Below the pieces are notes generated by a model, which saw nothing but the letters and a program-made list of their open reading frames with translations, was not told where the DNA came from and made no database searches. DNA of 64,000 nucleotides from an uncultured Gemmatimonadales bacterium (GTDB lineage: Bacteria; Gemmatimonadota; Gemmatimonadetes; Longimicrobiales; Longimicrobiaceae): positions 1,536,001-1,600,000 of the forward strand of contig OY970303.1 of the NCBI GenBank assembly GCA_963716255.1, in the 5' to 3' direction. The position numbers and the translations under genes were made by a program. The first letter of the stretch is position 1. Every line of letters starts with the position of its first letter. Shown here in pieces: positions 1-9,000 of the stretch.

Positions 1-3000
1 CAGCTCGCGGTGCGACCGCCCCGCGACGGGAGTCCCCACCGACACGTCCGTGGTGCCGGCCCAGCGGGCGAGAAGCGCCTGGAACGCCGCCATCACCACC
101 ATGTGCAGCGTCGCGCCCTCGGCGCGGGCCAGCTCGCGGAGCCGGTCCAGCACCGCCGCCGGGACCGCCACCGGCACCCGCGCGCCCCGCAGGGTGGGCA
201 CAGGGGGCCGCGGGCGGTCCGTGGGGAGCGGCAGCAGCTCCGGCGCGCCGGCCAGCTGCCGGGTCCAGTACGCCAGCTGCCCGCCGTCCACGCCGTCCGC
301 CTGCTCGCGCTGCCACACGGCGTAGTCGGCGTACTGCACCGGCAGCTCGGGGAGCGGCGAGGGCTCGCCGCGCGCGAAGGCGTCATACAGGGCGTAGATC
401 TCCCGCACGAGGACCTGGTAGCTCCACCCGTCGCTCACCACGTGGTGCGTGCACAGGAGCAGCACGCTCCCGGCCGGACCCACCCGCAGCAGGACCGCGC
501 GGAAGAGCGGGCCCGCCGCGAGGTCGAAGACGTGCGCGGCCTCGCCCGCGGCGCGCCGCCGCACCTCCGCCTCGCGCTCCTCCTCGCCCGCGAACCCGGA
601 CAGGTCCACGACCGCGAGCGCGAAGCCGTTGAACGGGGCGATGACCTGCACGGGAACGCCGCCGGTCTCCCGGAACGTGGTGCGCAGCGACTCGTGCCGC
701 CGCACGATCTCGCCGAGCGCGCGCTCCAGCACCGCCTCGTCCACGTCCCCCGGCAGCCGCATCCCCGTGAGCAGGTTGTAGACGGTGGAGCCCGGCTGCA
801 GCCGGTCCACGAACCAGAGCCGCTCCTGCGAGAAGGAGAGCGGCGGGTCCCCGTCCCGGGCGCGGCGCGTGAGCGGCTGCGCGCGGGTGGACGCACGCCA
901 GTTGGACGGGGCGGCTTCCCCGCCGGCGGCGCCCAGCTCCTCGCGCGACGCCTCGTCCACCAGCGCGGCCAGCTCGGCGATGGTGGGCGCCTCGAAGATG
1001 GCGCGCAGCGGGAGCTCCACCCGGAACGCCTCGCGCACCCGGGCGAGGAGCTGGAGCCCCAGGAGCGAGTGCCCGCCCAGGTCGAAGAAGTTGTCGCGCG
1101 CGCCCACCTCGCGGATCCCCAGCAGCCCGCCCCAGATCCCGGCGAGGAGCGTTTCGGACGCGCCGGAGGGCGCCTGGAACTCGCTCCCCAGCGCGGGTCG
1201 CGCGTGCAGGTCGGGCGCGGGGGCGCCGCTCCCGCCGGGGCGGGCGGGGGCGCCGGGCGGGGCGCGGAAGCGCTCGATGCGCGCGTCCAGGTCGTGGGTG
1301 GAGACCACCACCCGCGGTTCCTCCGCGAGGGTGGCGAGCGCCGCGAAGGCGGGCGCGGCGTCCGCGCGCAGGATGGCCCGCCCGGCGAGCGCGGCCGCGT
1401 CGCCGCCCTCGTCCAGGTGCCAGCGGTCCCAGCCCACGCTGGTCCAGAGATCCCCGCCCCCGGCGAGGCGCCGCTGCGCCCACGCGTCCAGCAGCGCGAA
1501 CGCCGCCGTGGGCGCCGCCAGCCCCGCCCCGCCGAATACCGTGAAGATGGAGTTCTGCAGGAGGCGGAAGTCCAGCGGGAGCCCCGCAGTGGCCTCGTCC
1601 AGCGCGTCCAGGCCGCGGGCCGCGCGGGCCAGCGCCTCCGCGACCGCGGCGGGCCGCGACCCGGCCAGGGGGGCGTGCCCGGCGCCCGCCCCCAGCGCGG
1701 CGGTGTGCACCACCCCGTGCAGCTCGCCGAACGCGTCGAGCGCCGCCGCCACGGCGGCGCGCATCGCCGCGGGGTCCTCGGGATCGGCGCGCAGGAGGAG
1801 CGTGCGCGCGCCCCGCGCCCCGGCGGCGCGAAGGGCGCGGATCGCGGGCGCCAGGACGCCGGCGGGGGCCGCGGCCAGGCGCGCGTCCCACTCGCCGGGC
1901 TCCGGGAAGCCGGGCTCCGCCACCACGGCGATGCGCGCGCCGGGCGCGCCCGCGAGCTCCTCGGCGAGCGCGTCCGCGCCGCCGGCCATCCCGCCGGTGA
2001 ACAGGTAGGCGCCTCCCTCGCGCAGCCCCGGGCGATTCTCGCGGGGGCGGGTCGCCTCGTAGCCCAGCGTCCAGCGCCACGGGCCCCGCAGCGCCACGGC
2101 CTCGTCCGGGACGTCGGCCGCCGCCTCGGCGGCGAGCTGGTCCACCAGGTGCTCGCCGGCGCCCGCGCCGGGACGCACGTCCACCGTGCGGCAGACCACG
2201 TGCGGGTGCTCCTGGGGGAGCGCCAGGCAGGCGCCCAGGACGGTCGCCCGCTCCGGGCGGACCGTCTCGCCGCCGAACACGTCGCGCACCCCCTCGGTGA
2301 CCACCACCAGCCGCAGCGGCCCCTCCGCGGGGTCGCGGGCGAAGGCGGCGGCGACCGCCGCCACCGTGCCCCAGCCGCGCTCCTGCGCCCGTCCCCAGGC
2401 GTCCGCGCCGCCTTCGGATTCCGGGTCGATCCCCCACAGCTGGACGACGCGGCGGGGCCGGATCCCCTCCGCGCCCAGCGCGTCGCGGAGCGCGGACAGG
2501 TCGTCCGCGGAGCCGGGGCGCACCGTGTATCCCACGCCGTCGCCCGCCCGGCCGAAGGCGTCGCCCGCCTCCGCCAGCACGACGGTGTGGCCCAGCCGCT
2601 CCAGCCGCCCCGCCAGCCGCCTGCCGATCCCGGCCGCGTCCGCCAGCAGCAGCCACTCCGCGGGCTCGGCGGGAATTCGCCGCGGGAGCGCCGTGCGGGT
2701 CCAGGCGGGGAGGTACAGCCAGTCCGCCGGGTCGGGCGTGCGCTCCAGCGGATTGCCCGCGCGCGATGCCGGGCTCCCGGCGCCGATGGTGACGGCGCGC
2801 GGCTCCAGCCAGAAGCGGCTGCGCTCGAAGGGATACGTGGGAAGGGGGACGCGCCGCAGCCGCTCGCGGGCGTGCATCGCCTTCCAGTCCACCGCCGCGC
2901 CGGCCGCCCACAGGCGCCCGGCGGCGCCCAGCACGTGCGCGGCGTCCGGGCTGCGCTCGTAGGCGTGGCGCATGGACGCGACGAAGCCGGGCGCCTCGTC

Positions 3001-6000
3001 GCCCCACACGTGCAGCTGCCCGGCGAGCATCCGCAGCGCCAGCCCGGGGCCGTTCTCCAGGAAGAGCCGGTGGCCGGCCTGCGCAAGTGTCTCCACCCCC
3101 TCCGAGAAGCGCACCGGCTCGCACAGGTGGCGCGCCCAGTACGCCGGGTCGGTCGCCTCGGAGGCGCGGATCCAGGTGCCCGTGACGTTGGACACGAAGG
3201 GGATGGACGGCGCGCTCAGCTTCACCCGCCGCAGCAGCGCCATCAGCCGCTCGGCCACCGGCTCCATCAGCGGGGTGTGGAAGGCGTGGCGCATGGGGAG
3301 CCGCCGCCACACCAGCCCGCGCGCCTCCACCTCGCCGCGCAGCGCGTCCAGCTCCTCCCCCGGGCCGGAGATCACCGTGATGGAGGGCCCGTGCAGCGCG
3401 CCCACGTACAGGTTGCCGGTGAGCAGCGGGCGGGCCTCCTCCTCGGGGAGGCTGATCCCCATCATCCCGCCCTCGGGGAGCGATTCGATCAGCCGCGCCC
3501 GCTCGGCCACCAGCATCAGCCCGTCCTCCAGCGACCACACTCCGGCCACGGTGGCCGCCACCCACTCGCCCAGCGAGTGGCCCAGCATGGCCGACGGGCG
3601 GACGCCCCATTCCCTCCAGAGCGCCTGGAGCGCGTACTCGGTGACGAACAGCGCCGGCTGCGCCAGGCGCGTGCGGTTCAGCCGCTCCTGGGCGTCGTCC
3701 TGCGTCTCGGCGGCGGCGCGGCCCAGCATGGCCCGCAGGTCGATCCCGCCGATGCCTCCCTCCTCCTGCGCGTCGCCCGGGTACAGCACCTCGCGCAGGT
3801 CCAGCCCCAGGTGCGGGCGCAGGATCTCCGCGCAGCGGTCCACCGCCGCGCGGAAGACCGGCTCGGCGTCGTACAGGCCGCGCCCCATCCCGGCGTAGTG
3901 GCTCCCCAGCCCGGGGAACATGAAGACCACGGGCCGCGCCGTTTCCGGCGCCGCCGCGGAAAAGAGCCGGTCCGCGCCGCGCGTCTCCAGCGCGCGGACG
4001 GCCTCCTCGTGGTCCCGGGCGACCAGGGCGCGGCGGTGCCCGAAGGCGCGGCGCCCCGCCTGGAGCGTCCAGGCCACGTCGGCGAGCTCCTGCTCCGGGT
4101 GGGCGCGCAGGTGCGCGGCCAGCCGCTCGGTGGCCGCCTCCAGCGCGGAGGGCGTCCGCGCCGACAGCGTCAGCAGCTGCCAGGCGCGCGCGGGCTCGGA
4201 GGGGCGCGGCGCGGGCGCCTGCTCCAGCACCACGTGCGCATTGGTCCCCCCGATCCCGAACGACGACACCCCGGCGCGCCGCGGGTGGCCGTTGGCCGGC
4301 CAGGGGTGCAGCTCGGTGTTGACGAAGAAGGGCGACGCCGCGAAGTCGATGCGGGGGTTGGGCTCCGTGAAGTGCAGCGTGGGGGGGATCTCCCCGTGCT
4401 CCACGGCCAGGACGGCCTTGATCAGCCCCGTGGCCCCGGCCGCGCCGTCCAGGTGGCCCACGTTGCTCTTCACCGCCCCCAGGGCGCACCCCTGCCTGCG
4501 CGGCCCGGCGCCGAACGCCTGCGTCAGCGCGGCCACCTCCACCGGGTCGCCCAGCTCGGTGCCCGTGCCGTGCGCCTCCACGTACCCCACCGTGGCGGGG
4601 TCCACGCCCGCGAGGTCGAGCGCCTCCCGGATCACCGCCGCCTGCCCGTCCACGCTGGGGGCGGTGTAGCCCACCTTCTGCGAGCCGTCGTTGTTGATGG
4701 CGGTGCCGCGGATGACCGCGTGGATGGTGTCGCCGTCGGCCAGCGCGTCGGCCAGGCGCTTGAGCACCACCAGCCCGATCCCGCTCCCGGTCACCGTCCC
4801 GGCAGAGCGCGCGTCGAAGGCGCGGCAGTACCCGTCCGGCGACATGATCCCGCCCGGCGAGTACATGTAGCCCCCGCGCCGCCGCGCGCCCACGCCCCCC
4901 GCGACCGCCACGTCGCACTCGCCCGCGGCGAGCGCCCGGCAGGCCACGTGCACGGCCACCAGCCCGGTGGAGCACGCCGTCTGCACGCTGAGCGCGGGGC
5001 CGCGCAGGTTCAGCTTGTACGCGGCGCGCGAGGCCAGGAAGTCCTTGCCGTTGCCCATCTCCACCTGCAGCGAGCCCACCGCCCCCGCCACCTCCGGGTT
5101 GGTCAGCACGTGCCGGGTGAGGTAGTCGCTCGCCGAAGACCCGGCGTAGACCCCCACCGCCTCCTCCGTGCCCCCGGGGACGTGGCCCGCGTTCTCCAGC
5201 GCCTCCCAGGCGGTCTCCAGGAAGATGCGGTGCTGCGGGTCCAGGATCTCCGCCTCGCGCGGGTTGAAGCCGAAGAAGCCGGCGTCGAACATCTCCATCC
5301 CCTCCAGCACCCCCGCCGCCGCGACGAACGCCGGGTCGCGCAGCAGCGCCGGGTCCATCCCCGCCTCCTCCAGCTCCCGCTCGCCGAAGCGGGTGATGCA
5401 GTCCACCCCGCCGCGCAGGTTGCTCCAGAACGTCGCCACGTCCGGCGCGCCCGGGAAGCGCCCCGCCATCCCCACCACCGCGACCGCCCCGTCCGGGACG
5501 TCCGCCTCCCCGCCCGCCGCCCTGCGCGCGCGCCGCCGCGGCTCCGGCGCCGGGGTGCTCCCCGCGGCCAGGTGCTCGGCCAGCGACGCCACCGTGGGGA
5601 AGCGGAAAAGGTCCACGATGGGGACCTCCCTCCCCAGCGCCTCGCGGAGGCGCGCCTGCACCCGCGCCAGGAGCAGCGAGTGCCCGCCCAGGTCGAAGAA
5701 ATTCAGGTTGACGCCCACCCGGTCCAGCCCCAGCAACTCGCCCCAGATCCCCGCCACCACCTCCTCCAGCGGGAGCCGCGGCGCCACGAACGCGTCCTTC
5801 GCGCCGTCGCGCTGCGGCGCGGGGAGCGCCCGCCGCGCCACCTTGCCGCTGGGGGTGAGCGGAAGCTGCTCCAGCACCACGAACGCCGAGGGGACCATGT
5901 ACTCCGGGAGCCGCTCCGCGAGCCGCGCCCGCAGCGCCGCGGCGTCCACGGCCGCCCCCTCCTCGGGGACCACGTACGCCACCAGGCGCCGCTCGCCCGG

Positions 6001-9000
6001 CACGTCCTCGCGCACGACGACCACCGCCTCGCGCACCCCCGGCCCGCCCTCCAGCGCCGCCTCCACCTCGCCGGGCTCGATGCGGAAGCCGCGCAGCTTC
6101 ACCTGCTCGTCGGCGCGCCCCAGGAACTCCAGCGCGCCGGAGGGGAGCCACCGCGCCCGGTCACCGGTGCGGTACAGCCGCCCCCCGTCCGCCGAGAAGG
6201 GATCGGGGAGGAATCGCTCCGCCGTCAGCTCCGGCCGGCCCAGGTAGCCGCGCGCCAGGCAGACGCCGCCCAGGTACAGCTCGCCCGGGACGCCCACCGG
6301 CGCCGGACGGAGCGCGCCGTCCAGCACGTAGCAGCTCGTGTTCGCGATGGGCGCACCGATGGCCGGCAGCAGCGGCCACCCGCCCGGGTCCCCCTCCAGC
6401 ACCAGCGCCGTGGCGACGTGCGTCTCGGAGGGGCCGTACTGGTTGTGGAGCGGCGCCCCCACGGCGCCCAGCCAGCGCCGCAGCGGCTCGGTCACCCGCA
6501 GCTGCTCGCCGGACGTCACCACCTCCCGCAGGCGCGAGGGCACCAGCCCGCGCGCATCCGCCGTTTCCGCCAGGTGCTGCAGCGCCACCGACGGCATGAA
6601 GAGCCGCTCCACCCCCGCGCGCTCCAGGGTGGCCAGCAGCCCCGCCGGGTCGTAGCGCAGCTCGTCCGGGATCAGCACCACCCGCCCTCCCGCCGCCCAG
6701 CAGGAAAAGATCTCCTGGAAGGACACGTCGAAGCTGACGGGGGCGAACTGGAGCGTCGCCGCGGCCGCCGGTGCGCGCCAGCCGCGCTGCTGCCAGGCGA
6801 GCAGGTTGACCAGCGGCCGGTGCGGCATCGCCACGCCCTTGGGGCGCCCGGTGGAGCCCGAGGTGAAGACGACGTAGGCCAGGTTGTCGGGGGACGGAGA
6901 GTGCGGGAGCGCGGCCGCGTCCTCCCCAGCGCCGTGCTCCGCGGCGCCGTCGCCATCCAGCACCACCACGCGCCCCCGGAAGCCGGCGAGCCGGTCCCCC
7001 GCGGCGCCGTCGGTCAGCAGCACGCGCGCGGCGGCGTCTTCCAGCATGTGCGCCAGGCGCTCGGCCGGGTACGAGGGGTCCAGCGGGACGTATGCTCCGC
7101 CGGACTTGAGGACGGCGAGCAGCGCGACCATGGCGCCGGGGCCGCGCTGCAGCGACAGCGCCACGCGCTCGTCCGGGCCCACGCCCAGGGCGGCCAGGCG
7201 GCGCGCCAGCGCGTCGGCGCGCAGGTCCAGCTCGCGGTAGGTGAGCGTGGCCTCGCCGAAGACCACCGCCACGGCGTCCGGCGTCCGCTCCGCCTGCGCC
7301 TCGACGAGGTGGTGGACGCACAGGCCGGCCGGGTACCCGGCTTCCGTCCGGTTCCACTCCTCCACCACCCGGTGCCGCTCCGCGTCGTCCAGCAGCTCCA
7401 GCGCGGAGATGCGCCCGTCCGCGTCGGCGGCGACCTGCTCCAGCACCCGCGCGAAGTGGGCGAGCATGCGCCGGGCGGTGTCGCGGTCGAAGAGGTCGGT
7501 GGCGTACTCCAGCGAGCCGGCGAGCCCGCCCGGGTGCCGGGCCAGCGCCAGCGTCAGGTCGAACTTGCTCGTCGCGCCCGCGGCAGACACCCGGCGCAGC
7601 TCCAGCCCCGGCAGGCCGCCGCCCGCGCCCCCGGGCTCCTGCAGGACGAACATGGCCTGGAAGAGCGGCGCGTGGCTGAGGCTGCGCTCCGGCTGCAGCT
7701 CCTCCACCAGCCGCTCGAAGGGCACCTCCTGGTGCTCGTAGGCGCCCAGCGTGGCCTCGCGCACGCGGCGCAGCGCCTCGCGGAAGGTGGGCTCCCCGGC
7801 CAGGTCCACCCGCAGCACCAGGGTGTTCAGGAACAGACCGATCAGCCCCTCCACCTCGCCGCGCGTGCGCCCGGCGATGGGGCTGCCGACGACCACGTCC
7901 TCGCTCCCGGAGTACCTGGCAAGCAGCACCTGGAAGGCGCCCAGGAGCACCATGAAGAGCGTCGCCCCCTCGCCGCGCCCCAGCGCCTGGAGGCGCTCCA
8001 GCAGGTCGGCCGGCAGGTCGATGCGCTCGCTCGCCCCGCGGTACGTCTGAAGCGCCGGGCGGGGACGGTCCGCCGGAAGCTCAAGCAGGGGAGGCGCCCC
8101 CGCCAGCCGCTCCCTCCACCAGGCCAGCTGCCGCTCCAGGCCGTCGCCCTGCAGCACCCGCCGCTGCCAGGTCGCGTGGTCGGCGTACTGCACCGGCAGC
8201 TCGGGGAGCGGCGACTCCCCGCCCTCGCGGAAGGCGCCGTACAGCACGGACAGCTCGCGGAAGAGCACCTCCAGGCTCCACGCGTCGCCCACCGCGTGGT
8301 GCATGCACAGCAGCAGCACGTGGTCGTCACCGGCCAGGCGCAGCAGCTCCGCGCGGAAGAGCGGGCCCGCGGCCAGGTCGAAGGGGCGCGCCGCGTCCGC
8401 CGCCGCGCGCCGCGCCGCCTCGACGTCGCGCTCGCCCTCGCCCAGGTGCGAGATGTCCTCCACCGGCAGGACCCACCCGCCGAAGGGCGCGACCGTCTGC
8501 ACCGGGGAGCCCTGCGACTCCGTGAACACGGTCCGCAGCACCTCGTGCCGGCGCACGATCTCGCCCAGGGCGCGCTCCATCGCCGGACGGTCCAGCGCCC
8601 CGCCCAGCCGCAGCGCCGCGGGGATGTTGTAGAAGGCGCTCCCCGGCTCCAGCCGGTCCAGGAACCACAGGCGCTCCTGCGCGAACGACAGCGGGAGCGC
8701 GCTGCGCGCGTCGCGCTCCACGGGAACCACCGGGGGAAGCACCGGGAGGTCGGCGCGGCGCAGCGCCTCCACCCGCGCGGCCAGCTCCGCAACGGTGGGC
8801 GCCTCGAAGAGCACCCGCAGCGGCAGCTCCACCCCCAGCGCCTCTCGCACCCGCGACACCACGCGGATCGCCAGCAGCGAGTGCCCGCCCAGCGCGAAGA
8901 AGCTGTCCCTGACCCCCACGCGCTCCAGGCGCAGGATCTCCGCCCACGTCCCCGCCAGCACCTCCTCCGTGGGCGTGCGCGGCGCCAGGTAGCGCTCCTC

